A DNA stretch of 64,000 bases, taken from the NCBI GenBank assembly GCA_946402065.1, contig CAMIVR010000014.1:443-64442 (forward strand). The letters run 5' to 3'. Positions 21,801-31,453 of the stretch are shown one piece after another (the first letter of the stretch is position 1; every line of letters begins with the position of its first letter). A program made the translations under genes and the position numbers. The notes beneath the pieces were generated by a model. It did no database searches. It saw only the letters and a list, made by a program, of their open reading frames with translations, and was not told where the DNA came from. The stretch comes from an uncultured Brevibacillus sp. Lineage in GTDB: Bacteria; Bacillota; Bacilli; Brevibacillales; Brevibacillaceae.

Positions 21801-22131
21801 TTTTCTCCAGCCGCTGGTAAAAGTCCGCTCCGAGCTGCTTTTGTTTGATCGTAAACTGCACGGAGCCGGCCTGCGTAACGGAGGTCAGCTTTTCCATACT
21901 GCCGAGTTCGCGGAGCTTCTTTTCAAGCGGTCGGGCGATTTGTTCCTCCAGATTTTCTGCGCTCATCCCCGGCGCCGAGACGAGGACATTGTAGACAGGG
22001 AGCGGCTGATCCGGATAGACCACGACATTCGTCTTCAGCAAACCGAAGCAGCCAAAGGCCAGCAGGAGCAGGGCAAGCAACCAAGCGACACTTTTGCGGA
22101 TAGAAACGACCTGCGGCTTATTCATTGGCAA
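18865..22131 (-). CDS. AcrB/SwrC-like RND efflux permease (divergent)
   Basis: 1088 aa, two large extracytoplasmic loops and two TM bundles, PGMSAENLEEQIARPLE motif; follows an MFP gene. Confidence 0.85.
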   Translation of the reverse strand: MPMNKPQVVSIRKSVAWLLALLLLAFGCFGLLKTNVVVYPDQPLPVYNVLVSAPGMSAENLEEQIARPLEKKLRELGSMEKLTSVTQAGSVQFTIKQKQLGADFYQRLEKKLEEAAKALPIGRDSIQLEQSTLADKTLGFYLLHGADLQTLVNQAKLTVSDRLSAIEGVSGVDIADSLANKVEVVLRPDMLQSYQLTPQDVLQQLQQKTADERIGQIGKDTDRTGFLWTDQPANPEELGRTPIATAKGYVALKLLAEIKDMRGSQGDDTLLFRGEPAIGITVYGADTGVYPHIATDIAKTVDAINKEANGRFTMEPFVLNTEPIANGLADMLLFVALAGTVAALFIGYWMRQALAGLFSLLLLLTAVGTMLGGLWLTGVNIDIATLWPLAVMGLLFVSTGLLLFHRYTQIAEWSQLSVDRVTRAYAMPLLLPAVALLSLLTVLVFTDFLNSTDIPVVYGAFPVFLIGIVGMILVYGFLLPTLATSWLSASPGSSAAKDAERTGPNRVAAWLENRRQRWLRAKLLPYGVTLAIVAAAFFFLRSFILVDPFLKLDGDISTISLPMIKGSTLADAMKAGRYTEEKLRSVADIQELYASVAKERLTFTVKKKDRADRILSETKYEKAIKAILSDIPHTDPFNLVVGDSAGTRLEFTVKGVALKKVKEIANEIGDFLRTTRIQDKKGNRLLTDIRVNYHEGTPYIHLVPKQAMLARYHVTEATIKNQLDNYLGDHVVGSVRWNEQALPIVTRYPETLLDHPDQVKNLLIRTPKGTVSLGELVDWKLVEEPPAYMREDGMYAIKVSSAISDPSRIEGFSYFLPTMMEEKISIPQGYSILSGEEIRKQEKERVEKHDLTARTMVSGLSLLCFILLSLFLTRRAHYGWISVLLLPLTGFALMMGLLLFDRPLNVMAFFALFAIAGVVMQQAMAMIRTMEAPQEEEQTERSLWQGVLTGSKMHLPVVTALLLALAVGLLPVVGLRLAGVGVQASFAVVLLPGLLVIAWSLYALVPGMYWALVYTRLTSSAISGVRIRQQLTAWWVNQRIRRRDWREWQKKQKASRAAAEAAGESQNGDTRRYERERELTTDDFRPLS

Positions 22132-23365
22132 CCTTCACCGCTTCGCCATCGAGCACATAGGAAAGCCCCGACTTGACAATCTCGTCGCCCGCTTCCAGAC
22201 CTTGCAAAATCTCATAATATTCGCCATATATCGCCCCTACCTGAACCTCCGTACGCTCAATAGACAGGTTGGGGGTAATTTTCATCACGTAGTGACCCTC
22301 CTCCGAGACACCTACGCTCGTCACCGGAACTAACAGGCCGCTGGCTGATTTTACCTGATACCGGCAACTGACGGTCATGCCTGACTTCCAATCGGGGATA
22401 CTGCCGTCAACCACTACCTCTACGGCGAACGTCCCCGTCTGTTGATCGAGGACGGGCGAGACAAAGCTGACCGTGCCGTTCACGTCCGAACCGTCCGGCG
22501 CATGCAAGGTCACGGTTTTTCCTTTTTGCCAGTTGCCGACCTGATCGCTCTCCACCTGGAGCTGGACCAGCCATTGGGTCGGATCAATCAGTTTGATCAC
22601 TTCCGTCCCTGCACTTACCTGCTCGGATTCGACCGCCTGAATGGATGCGACGACGCCGGAAAACGGCGCTTTCAGCACGGCTTCCTGCAAATCCTGCTGG
22701 GCCTTGCTCAGCTTGACTGCCGCCTCTTTCACATCGGCATTGGCTTCCTCGACAACCAGCTTGTCGGCACCTTCAACGAGCTTGTCGTAGCGAAGCTCTT
22801 CTTCCTGCAGGTTGATTCGGGCCTGCTGCTCTGCCAGCTGCAAGCGGTTTAATTCTTCCCTGGAGATCGCCTCATTTTGGAACAGCAGCTTACCCTTGGC
22901 GTATTCTTCGGCAGCTTTTGCGTAATTTTGGCGTTCTTTCTCGACTTGCAATTTTTGCTGGGAAACGTCTATTTTGTGTGCCCCCTGCAGTGTTTTGGCG
23001 CGCTGGAGTACAGCCTTGTCGACCTGTCCCTTAGCCGCTGCAATCTCTTGCTGCCAGACAGTCACATCAAGCGCTGCCAGGACAGTCCCCGCCTTGACGA
23101 CACTGCCCTTCTCCACAAAAAAGCGGGCGATTTTGCCTGATGCGCCAAACGACAGGGCAATTTCTTTCCGTGGCTTCACCGTTCCGGAGATTTCCTGAGT
23201 CAAACCGTCCTGATTGGCTTCCAGCACGAACGCATTCACTGTCTTTACTTTTAACGGGGAGTCCTCTCTCACCCGTTCCCGCAATGTCTCTACCTGTTGT
23301 TCGATCTGTCCGCAACCGCTCGTTATCAGCATGGCTACAATCACGAAAGCCAGCCATTGGTTCAT
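22118..23365 (-). CDS. RND membrane-fusion (adaptor) lipoprotein
   Basis: Lipobox ITSGC, lipoyl halves flanking a coiled coil, LKAPFSGVV, GLEAGDEIV. Confidence 0.9.
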   Translation of the reverse strand: MNQWLAFVIVAMLITSGCGQIEQQVETLRERVREDSPLKVKTVNAFVLEANQDGLTQEISGTVKPRKEIALSFGASGKIARFFVEKGSVVKAGTVLAALDVTVWQQEIAAAKGQVDKAVLQRAKTLQGAHKIDVSQQKLQVEKERQNYAKAAEEYAKGKLLFQNEAISREELNRLQLAEQQARINLQEEELRYDKLVEGADKLVVEEANADVKEAAVKLSKAQQDLQEAVLKAPFSGVVASIQAVESEQVSAGTEVIKLIDPTQWLVQLQVESDQVGNWQKGKTVTLHAPDGSDVNGTVSFVSPVLDQQTGTFAVEVVVDGSIPDWKSGMTVSCRYQVKSASGLLVPVTSVGVSEEGHYVMKITPNLSIERTEVQVGAIYGEYYEILQGLEAGDEIVKSGLSYVLDGEAVKVANE

Positions 23366-23601
23366 CTCATCGACCTCCGAAAAAACGTAAAATAAACAAG
23401 AATTTTTCAAATAGATAAAATTTATTTTACATGTTGACTGGGCTTCTGTATTGATTTTGGCGTTTTTTTTATTATTTTTTATAAATCAGGATTTTGCAAA
23501 ATTCGCTTCCGATCGCTCCCGAGTGCAATATGCTTATTGAAAGTCGCTCTATGGATTTTTGCAAAATCCTCCCGTAATTCCCGTCTGCGCCCTTGAGATA
23601 A

Positions 23602-24465
23602 TCAGGCTTTCGACCGGTTTTCACGGGAGGCTTGTGATCCAGGCTCGTTATGTCGGCTGCCGCCATGGGCAACTGATCGTTTGTTTTCCTCCAAGACGGC
23701 CTCGACCGCCTGCGCTACAGAGTGAACGGTATAGGCCGCCTGTCGGCGCACATCCGCTACGCTGTGCGCCATTGCAAAGCTGTGCGGGGTCGCGGTCAGC
23801 ATGGACAAATCGTTAAAGGAATCGCCGACGGTAGCGATTTCCTCCGGATGCAGCGCCAGCTCTTTCCTGAGGACCGCCAAAGCCGCGCCCTTGGAAACGC
23901 CCACAGGCATCAGATCGAGGCAGTCCACATCGGAGACGACGGGGTTGACCAGCCCGGCATAATCGTCTCGCAGCATTTTCTGGAGCTGCAAGAGACGGTC
24001 CATATCGCCAAACAGACTTATTTTGCAAGGAGAGAACCCTTGCCAAATCGCGGCGATGATATCCGGTCTATACGTAAACGGCGTAAACATGCGGGTTTCG
24101 ATCTTCTCTGTAGCCGCGTTTCGCCGGGGAATGTATATCGTGTGCTCCATGCAGATCACTTCGACAAAATCGTACGGATGGACAGCCCGATACAGCAATA
24201 CAGCAACTTCCGGCTCAAAGGCAGTGAGCCGCAAGAGCCGGTCCGTCTTGGTGTAGATGCACGCGCCGTTTTGGCTGATGCGGTGACAGTCCTGCCCCAG
24301 CACGTCCATCAATTTGCTCAGCTCGACGTGCATGCGGCCTGAAGCCAAGCAGATTTCCACGCCGGTTGAAGCAAGCTTGTGCAAGGCTTCCCGATTCTCG
24401 CGGTCAACCCGCTTCGCTTCATTTAGCAATGTGCCGTCAAGATCGGTCACGAATAATGTAATCAT
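23602..24465 (-). CDS. Cof-type HAD-IIB hydrolase
   Basis: DLDGTLL, ASGR, SKG, GDSFNDLSM motifs. Confidence 0.93.
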   Translation of the reverse strand: MITLFVTDLDGTLLNEAKRVDRENREALHKLASTGVEICLASGRMHVELSKLMDVLGQDCHRISQNGACIYTKTDRLLRLTAFEPEVAVLLYRAVHPYDFVEVICMEHTIYIPRRNAATEKIETRMFTPFTYRPDIIAAIWQGFSPCKISLFGDMDRLLQLQKMLRDDYAGLVNPVVSDVDCLDLMPVGVSKGAALAVLRKELALHPEEIATVGDSFNDLSMLTATPHSFAMAHSVADVRRQAAYTVHSVAQAVEAVLEENKRSVAHGGSRHNEPGSQASRENRSKA

Positions 24466-24774
24466 CGCTGCCTCCCCTTCACCCTATGATTGCCGGTTTG
24501 CCTGAAAAGCACTCACAGGGATAAAAAGAAAACTTGTTTCGGGCTGTTGTGGGGAGGAGAGAAAAGAGAAATGGGCTCCGTTCGTTGTATACTCCCCCGG
24601 ACGCTGTCACTTGCGGAACGAGCTCTTCTTGGCGATTCCCCTCGCCTTTACTGCAGCCACGGTTGCACGATGATTACAGCCCCGATTGAAATGAATCCCC
24701 ATGCTGATCGGACCAAAAAGAGGCAGCCATCCCTTTTCAAGGAAAGCTGCCCTCTCATATTCAATGTATCCGGA

Positions 24775-26397
24775 TTATCGCTTCAATGGCACGACAGTGG
24801 CTTTGAGCAGCTTGAGCTTGCCGTTGTCGACAGCCCAGGTGGAGACGACAGTTGCCAGGCCATCCGCATGATAGGCTCCGGAAATGAACTGCAAGCCGCG
24901 CAATTCGTAGATGCCGTCTTTCGTTTGGCCGATGTGCTTCGGCTCCAATACGCCAAAGCCATCGACCATTCCTTCTGTCGCTTGCAGCAGCTTGCCGGTT
25001 TTGTCATAAATGCCCATTTCGATGTATTGGTCTTTGCCGGAGCTGATGTCAAGAGTCGATACTTCCTTCGTCCGCTTATTGACGAGCTCCACTTTGAATT
25101 GGTCAAGGAACTTCACGTCATAGCTCAAGCCTTCGTTTAACTCCTTCTGGTCGACCACTGCCTGCGCTTTGTTGCCGTTAAAGCTCAGCAAGCTGTAGAT
25201 GCAGGTTCCGCCGCTTCCGCCTGTCGCCATCGACACCAGCACGTCCTTGGCTTTATCGCCGTTGAAGTTGCCGATGAACAGCGACGGACCATAACCGCCA
25301 TCCGATTCTCCGACCGATGTGATCGTCTGCTGCTTGGTTTTGCCGTCCCGGACGACGACCTGAATATCTGTCGTGTAGATGTCCTTCGCGCCGCCTTCCT
25401 TGTAGCCGATCAGCAGAATCTCATCGCGTACGCCGTCGCCGGTAACATCAGCGTATCGGCTGTCGAGGACAAACGTGTTCGCTTTGACACCTGGCCCTGT
25501 AAACGGCTTGTCGATCTCCACATTCGGTGCAGGCTGGTTGTACCAATCGAACGGCAGCACTTCAACATCGACCAGCTTCCACTCGCCGTTCTCTACTTTC
25601 CAGGTGGAGGTTGCCGTCGCGATCGTATCGGCATGAGCGCTGCCCCAAATTTTTTGCTCGCCTTCCAAAAGAAAGCTTCCGTCAGGCTGCCACTTCGGTT
25701 CAAGACGGGCAAAACCGTCATACGCACCTTCCGTAGGTTTTAGCAGCTTGCCAGACTCATTGTAAATGCCTTGTTCGATGTACGCTTGTTTGCCTTCGCT
25801 AATATCGACCGTTGTGACCGCCTTGGTCAGCTTGTTGGTAATCTGCGCTTGAAACTGATCCTGAAATGCGACCTCGAATGAAACCGCTTCGTTCAGCTTG
25901 GTCTGGTCGACCAGCGCCTTTGGCTTGCCGTCTGTAAACCGTATCAGGCTGTATGTGCTCGTCCCGCCGCTGCCGCCGTTCTCCATGGCAATCAGCAGCT
26001 CCTGCGGGCCTTTCGGGTCGAACGAGAACGGCAGCAGCTTTGCTTCATAGCCACCGTTGAGCGCTCCGACAGACGTGCTCGTATAGGCCTTTGTCTTGCC
26101 GTCTTTGACGACCAATGTGATGTCGGTGGCATACAGGTCATCTGCTTTTTCTTTGTGTCCGACCAGAATCAGCTCATCTGCAACCCCATCGCCATTCACA
26201 TCTTGCTGCTGATGGTCAAGTACATACATGCTCTGTTTAAAAGCCAGCTCCTTCACGCTAAACAGGCTGTTCTGCTCAAACGCCTGGACCGCCTGAGCCG
26301 TATCCATCGCATTGACCGGTACATGGCCCATGCCTGCTGCTGTGATGAGCAGGCCGCTGACGACTGCTGCTTGTGCTAGTTTGGTAAAAGGTTTCAT
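24775..26397 (-). CDS. Secreted protein with two tandem FG-GAP/VCBS-motif domains
   Basis: Signal peptide; DVNGDGVAD / DVTGDGVRD and GGSGG motifs repeated about 255 aa apart. Confidence 0.8.
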   Translation of the reverse strand: MKPFTKLAQAAVVSGLLITAAGMGHVPVNAMDTAQAVQAFEQNSLFSVKELAFKQSMYVLDHQQQDVNGDGVADELILVGHKEKADDLYATDITLVVKDGKTKAYTSTSVGALNGGYEAKLLPFSFDPKGPQELLIAMENGGSGGTSTYSLIRFTDGKPKALVDQTKLNEAVSFEVAFQDQFQAQITNKLTKAVTTVDISEGKQAYIEQGIYNESGKLLKPTEGAYDGFARLEPKWQPDGSFLLEGEQKIWGSAHADTIATATSTWKVENGEWKLVDVEVLPFDWYNQPAPNVEIDKPFTGPGVKANTFVLDSRYADVTGDGVRDEILLIGYKEGGAKDIYTTDIQVVVRDGKTKQQTITSVGESDGGYGPSLFIGNFNGDKAKDVLVSMATGGSGGTCIYSLLSFNGNKAQAVVDQKELNEGLSYDVKFLDQFKVELVNKRTKEVSTLDISSGKDQYIEMGIYDKTGKLLQATEGMVDGFGVLEPKHIGQTKDGIYELRGLQFISGAYHADGLATVVSTWAVDNGKLKLLKATVVPLKR

Positions 26398-26691
26398 TAT
26401 GTGATCCTCCCGTATGTTCACTGTGTCATTGCTACACCACTATGGTAAATCACCGGTAGAAAAAATTGGTTACAAACTGTTAACGACACCCGTCCCGCTG
26501 CTCCGTTCAACCTTTTTCGCCTGTCGGATGCAAGGAATGGATCCATCAAAGTGATTCCCAGACTTGAAAAGCGGCCAGCTTCTGTGTCAAAATGACGTAG
26601 GTTTGCTGGCAGCCTTTTTAAGCTGGACAAGCGAATCACTTCACTCCGCACCATCGTGTGAATCCATAGTATAAGTGAAGGAGATCCACAT

Positions 26692-27963
26692 ATGCGCAAA
26701 CTACTCTTAGCCGGTACGCTGGCTGTTCTCTTCAACGCGGTCAGCTGCATGCCGGCCCTGTCCGCCGCCACTGTCCGGGTAGCAGTGGACGGGAATTACG
26801 TCTCTTTTCCCGACCAACAGCCGTATGTCAATGATGCATCGAACCGGACGATGGTTCCAGTCAGATTCGTCACGGAAAAGCTTGGCGCCACTGTCCGGTG
26901 GAACGCGAAGCTGCAGCAGGTGACCATTACCCGCAATGGCCAATCGATGTACATAACGATCGGGCAAAACCATGCGATCGTGAACGGAAAAACCATATCG
27001 CTCGATGCACCGGCGGTCATCATGAACAACCGCACGATGGTTCCACTCCGCTTTATTAGCGAAGCCTTTGGTGCCGATGTCGACTGGATTGCCGAGCGCA
27101 ATCTCGTAGTCGTGACAACCGCAGGACATCCAAAGGCAGTTCCGCCCGCTTCCCGGCACCAACCGCAAAAAGGGACGTGGATTTGGGATGCTGCCGTCAT
27201 CAAAACCGATCAGAACAGCATCTTTCAATTTGCCAAGGATAACAAGCTCACTACGATTTACCTACATATCGACACGGATATCAACCGGGCTGTTTATCAG
27301 CAATTTGTTCGCGCCGCCAACGAAAGACAGCTGAAAGTGGAGGCCCTGGGCGGCAATCCGAACTGGGCACTGAACAGCAATCAGGCCCGGATCAAAGAGT
27401 TTATCACGTGGGTTGCGAATTACAATGCTGCGGTCGACCCAAAAGAGAGATTTCAAGGGCTTCACTTCGATATAGAGCCCTACCTTTTGAGCGACTGGAA
27501 GCTGAACAAGCTGAAAGTCATTGAAAATTGGATCGACAGCATGCGATTTATCGAGAAGGAAACAAAAGCGACGAAAATTCCCGTCACCCTGGATGTTCCC
27601 TTTTGGGTTTCGACTATCAAGATTCCGAACACCAATTACAACTTAAGTGCATGGTTGCTGGAGAAGTTTGACTGTCTGGTCATCATGGATTACCGGAATT
27701 TCGCCATCGGGAACGACGGCATTGTGGAAAATGCCAAGACAATGCTGCGGGAGGCATCTACCCTGAAAAAACAAATTGTCATCGCGGTAGATACCGCCCA
27801 GAGTGCGGAAAGCGCGCGTACGACGTTTTACTCGATGAGCATGGAGAGTATGGAGAAGGAACTGCAGCTCGTTGAGAAAAACCTTTCTGTCTATACCAGT
27901 TATGCTGGAATTGCCGTTCACGACTATAAAAACTGGAAGGAAATGAATGGAAAACCCAAGTAG
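26692..27963 (+). CDS. Secreted stalk-domain protein with a putative glycoside-hydrolase-like barrel
   Basis: Signal peptide, RTMVPVRFV/RTMVPLRFI copper amine oxidase N-terminal repeats, then WIWD...GLHFDIEPY...IMDYR...AVHDY. Confidence 0.75.
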   Translation: MRKLLLAGTLAVLFNAVSCMPALSAATVRVAVDGNYVSFPDQQPYVNDASNRTMVPVRFVTEKLGATVRWNAKLQQVTITRNGQSMYITIGQNHAIVNGKTISLDAPAVIMNNRTMVPLRFISEAFGADVDWIAERNLVVVTTAGHPKAVPPASRHQPQKGTWIWDAAVIKTDQNSIFQFAKDNKLTTIYLHIDTDINRAVYQQFVRAANERQLKVEALGGNPNWALNSNQARIKEFITWVANYNAAVDPKERFQGLHFDIEPYLLSDWKLNKLKVIENWIDSMRFIEKETKATKIPVTLDVPFWVSTIKIPNTNYNLSAWLLEKFDCLVIMDYRNFAIGNDGIVENAKTMLREASTLKKQIVIAVDTAQSAESARTTFYSMSMESMEKELQLVEKNLSVYTSYAGIAVHDYKNWKEMNGKPK

Positions 27964-28034
27964 CGATCTATGCGCAGCAAGCTTCACACGCACATCGTTC
28001 GCATCGATTGACTGGTGCGGGCGGGCAATGGCCA

Positions 28035-29225
28035 TTACGTGGACGCTAGGCTGGAATCACTTTCATAACAAACGCGATAGAGCTGAACGATTTCTTCATG
28101 CGTAGGCACTCTCGGATTATTCGCCGGACTGCCGCTCGCCAGTGCATCAGTCGCCATTTTTGCCACCACCTGTTGAAACTTTGCCTGATCAATCCCCCAG
28201 GTTTTCATGCCGGGAATGTTCAGCTCCCGACACAATTGTTTGACTTGCGTAATCATCACTTCCGCCCAGTCCCCGTCGGTTTGCGCAGCAGCTTCCGGCT
28301 GGATCAGCCTGCCCAGGGTCGCCAACCGTTCCATTGCTTCTGCTTTGGTAAAATCCAGTACGGATGGCAGCAGCATCGCATTGGAGACGCCGTGCGGGAC
28401 ATGGAACAACGCACCGATCGGTCGCGACATGCCGTGGACAAGCGTGACAGAAGCGTTGGAAAACGCTGCCCCGGCCAGCATCGCGGCCAGCGCCATTTTG
28501 TCCCTGGCTTCGATGTTATCGCCATGATGATAGGCTGTGCGCAAGTGAGCCATGATCAGCTCGATAGCCGAGAGTGCCAGGGTGTCTGTAAGCGGATGGG
28601 CACGGCGGGAGAGGTACGCTTCAATCGCGTGGCAAAGGGCATCAACGCCCGTCGCCGCCGTCACCGCCGGCGGACATGAGACAGTCAGATGGGGATCGAC
28701 GATTGCCACCGTTGGCAGAAGCTCTGGCTGTGACAGCATCATTTTCACGTCTGTCTTTGTGTCGATGATCACGGTGACCTTTGTCACCTCGGACCCCGTA
28801 CCCGCTGTAGTGGGAATGGCGATCAGCGGAAGCGGTGGCTTGGCAAACTGCTTGTTGCCGCCGACGTAGTCTGCGAGCCCTCCCTCGTTTGTCATCAGTA
28901 CGGCAACCGCTTTGGCCGTATCGATGCAACTGCCGCCGCCAACAGCGACAATCACGTCGCATCCCGCTTCGCGACAGACGGCCAGCGCTTCGTCCACATG
29001 GCGGTCAGTCGGCTCCTGATCGATCTCGAAGTATTTGGCGTGCCGTACATTCGCTTGCCCCAAATACGCTTCGCACTGTCTGATCGTCCCGATTTTGTCC
29101 ATCACCGGATCGCTGACGATCAGCGCATTCGTTCCCAATGCGCGTGCCTGCGCGCCTGTCTCGGCAAAGGAACCGGGACCGTATACGATTTTTTTCGGCA
29201 TAAGCACTTGATGGTACCCTGTCAA
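28035..29225 (-). CDS. Iron-containing alcohol dehydrogenase
   Basis: GGGSCIDTAK, PTTAGTGSEVT, DALCHAIE, HGMSR, HG motifs. Confidence 0.93.
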   Translation of the reverse strand: MTGYHQVLMPKKIVYGPGSFAETGAQARALGTNALIVSDPVMDKIGTIRQCEAYLGQANVRHAKYFEIDQEPTDRHVDEALAVCREAGCDVIVAVGGGSCIDTAKAVAVLMTNEGGLADYVGGNKQFAKPPLPLIAIPTTAGTGSEVTKVTVIIDTKTDVKMMLSQPELLPTVAIVDPHLTVSCPPAVTAATGVDALCHAIEAYLSRRAHPLTDTLALSAIELIMAHLRTAYHHGDNIEARDKMALAAMLAGAAFSNASVTLVHGMSRPIGALFHVPHGVSNAMLLPSVLDFTKAEAMERLATLGRLIQPEAAAQTDGDWAEVMITQVKQLCRELNIPGMKTWGIDQAKFQQVVAKMATDALASGSPANNPRVPTHEEIVQLYRVCYESDSSLAST

Positions 29226-29385
29226 TGAGATTACCTCCCTTAAGCGGCTGTACCCGCTCCGATTTTACTTTTGTCCGCACGCCTAACGATGCGGGGGCCA
29301 GTGCCTAGCATCACGTCTCTTCCTCTACTATATAATTGAAACATTCAGACAATCCGGTGCGGATGTATGACTGCTGCCGGCTCGG

Positions 29386-29790
29386 CTATTTACGTGGCAG
29401 CAAGACAATATGCTCCTTGTTTCCCGCCCACTCCACGTCTAGCGGGATCTCCTCATTCTGAAAGGGAATCGCTCCGTTTCCGCCACCGCCCGCGCTTACC
29501 GTGCGCCCGCCATCCAATGTATCTCCACGCGCTGCGGTACTTCCCGCGGTTGTTTTTACCGAGTAATTGATGCTCCCTACCTGTTCGGGATGCTCGCCTG
29601 TGAATCTCAACGTTACACGGTGTTCAGTCCATTGTGTGTCGCCTGTGACGCGGTAGGTAGCGCTCCAGTTCTCGCTCTCGCCTTTATACACGTAGTCAAT
29701 CGCTTCCTTCTGCAGGTGTACATACGCCCCCGCTGCCACCACCAAAACAAAGATGAAAAAGATCACTGCTTTGCCCAGCTTCATTTTCAC
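29386..29790 (-). CDS. Membrane-anchored hypothetical protein
   Basis: N-terminal TM helix, GAGGAGG RBS. Confidence 0.7.
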   Translation of the reverse strand: MKMKLGKAVIFFIFVLVVAAGAYVHLQKEAIDYVYKGESENWSATYRVTGDTQWTEHRVTLRFTGEHPEQVGSINYSVKTTAGSTAARGDTLDGGRTVSAGGGGNGAIPFQNEEIPLDVEWAGNKEHIVLLPRK

Positions 29791-29807
29791 CCCTCCTCAT
29801 GAATCCA

Positions 29808-29834
29808 TACGTTCTGAACAAGCCATTGGTTTCA
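29808..29834 (-). promoter_or_regulatory. ECF sigma (SigW/M/X-type) promoter
   Basis: TGAAAC-N17-CGTA on the minus strand just upstream of the 29790 gene RBS. Confidence 0.6.
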
Positions 29835-29862
29835 ACTGTTTTTGCGAAAACACGACAACTTT

Positions 29863-29948
29863 CCCACCCATTTGCAACCGCTTCCTGTATAATGAAAATT
29901 AGCTCACTTTACTATTTTCACGCAAATTACGAATCCGGGAGTGAACTT
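29863..29948 (+). repeat. Direct repeat copy A (scoA promoter and RBS)
   Basis: About 74/86 identical to 43439-43522 by manual alignment; includes TATAAT and GGGAG. Confidence 0.9.
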
Positions 29949-29949
29949 C

Positions 29950-30642
29950 ATGGCAAAAATCTTTACGTCTTACACGGATATCGTCGCAGATATCCATGAC
30001 GGCGCAACATTGCTTGTCGGCGGATTTGGCTTGGTGGGGATTCCTGAAAATCTGATCATCGCCCTGCGCGACAAAGGGGTTAAAAACCTGACCGTCGTCT
30101 CCAACAACTGCGGCGTCGACGATTGGGGCCTGGGGCTTCTCTTGAGCCAAAAGCAAATTAAAAAGATGATCTCCTCTTACGTCGGCGAAAACAAGGAATT
30201 CGAACGGCAATTCCTCTCGGGCGAGCTGGAGGTAGAACTGACACCCCAAGGTACACTCGCTGAGCGGGTCCGCGCCGGTGGTGCAGGCATTCCTGCGTTC
30301 TACACCCCTGCCGGAGTCGGTACACCGATCGCGGAAGGCCGTGAGACACGCGTGTTTGGCGACAAGGAGTACTTGTTGGAAACAGGAATTACGGGCGATT
30401 TCGCACTGATCAAAGCCTGGAAAGCGGATAAAATGGGCAACCTGATTTTCCGTAAAACGGCTCGCAACTTTAATCCGATGATGGCCACAGCGGGAAAAAT
30501 CACGATCGTGGAAGTTGAGGAAATTGTCGAGGTTGGCGAGCTCGATCCTGATTCGATTCACACGCCAAGCGTCTACGTCCAGCGTTTGATCCAGGCTCCG
30601 TCCTTTGAAAAGCGGATCGAGCGGCGAACTGTCAGCAAATAG
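29950..30642 (+). CDS. scoA: 3-oxoacid CoA-transferase subunit A
   Basis: [31 protein letters not shown] motifs. Confidence 0.93.
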   Translation: MAKIFTSYTDIVADIHDGATLLVGGFGLVGIPENLIIALRDKGVKNLTVVSNNCGVDDWGLGLLLSQKQIKKMISSYVGENKEFERQFLSGELEVELTPQGTLAERVRAGGAGIPAFYTPAGVGTPIAEGRETRVFGDKEYLLETGITGDFALIKAWKADKMGNLIFRKTARNFNPMMATAGKITIVEVEEIVEVGELDPDSIHTPSVYVQRLIQAPSFEKRIERRTVSK

Positions 30643-30670
30643 CGTATATCCCAGCTAAAGGAGGGTAATT

Positions 30671-31327
30671 ATGTCACTCACACGCGAACAGGTTGCCATG
30701 CGGGCAGCACAAGAAATTGAAGAAGGCTTTTATGTGAACTTGGGGATTGGCATGCCTACGTTGGTTGCCAACTACATCCCTACCGGCAAAACGGTCGTTC
30801 TGCAATCGGAAAATGGCCTGCTCGGAATCGGCCCATACCCGACGGAAGACGCCGTCGATCCGGATCTGATCAATGCCGGCAAAGAAACCGTTACCGCTAT
30901 CCCGGGGGCTTCGTACTTTTCCAGCGCAGAGTCTTTCGCGATGATTCGCGGCGGCCACATCGACCTGGCGATTCTCGGAGCGATGGAAGTATCGGCGCAG
31001 GGTGATCTGGCCAACTGGATGATTCCCGGCAAAATGGTGAAAGGCATGGGCGGTGCCATGGATCTCGTCCACGGAGCCAAAAAAATCGTCGTCATCATGG
31101 ACCACGTCAACAAGCACGGAGAGACCAAGGTACTGAACAAATGCTCGCTGCCGCTCACCGGACAAAAGGTTGTCAACCGGATCATCACCGATCGTGCGGT
31201 CATGGATGTCACCAAGGACGGTTTGGTACTCGTTGAAATCGCCGAAGGGTATACGGTTGAAGATATCCAGGCCTGCACGGAACCGCAATTGATCATCTCC
31301 GGAGCGATGAAGACGATAACTGTGTAA
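30671..31327 (+). CDS. scoB: 3-oxoacid CoA-transferase subunit B
   Basis: [13 protein letters not shown] active site, GMGGAMDL. Confidence 0.93.
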   Translation: MSLTREQVAMRAAQEIEEGFYVNLGIGMPTLVANYIPTGKTVVLQSENGLLGIGPYPTEDAVDPDLINAGKETVTAIPGASYFSSAESFAMIRGGHIDLAILGAMEVSAQGDLANWMIPGKMVKGMGGAMDLVHGAKKIVVIMDHVNKHGETKVLNKCSLPLTGQKVVNRIITDRAVMDVTKDGLVLVEIAEGYTVEDIQACTEPQLIISGAMKTITV

Positions 31328-31409
31328 GTCTTTGTTCCGCCACAGCGAGCGGGACTTCGCCCACATTTCTCCTCTATCTGAGCGGTTGCTCAGAATTGCC
31401 AATGAACGT

Positions 31410-31450
31410 TCCCCCACCTGCCGTTCCATAGCGGTCGAGGTGGGGGTTTC
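31410..31450. terminator. Terminator between convergent scoB and the BMC operon
   Basis: CCCCCACCT...AGGTGGGGG stem followed by TTTC. Confidence 0.65.
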
Positions 31451-31453
31451 TTC

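Noticed and set aside
28035-29225. Fe-alcohol dehydrogenase as part of the BMC system
   Set aside because: No encapsulation peptide, outside the direct-repeat-bounded block and separated from it by oppositely oriented scoAB; a link is possible but unsupported
29291-29307. Sigma54-like GG-N10-GC upstream of the Fe-ADH
   Set aside because: Poor match to TGGCAC-N5-TTGC and no enhancer-binding protein gene nearby
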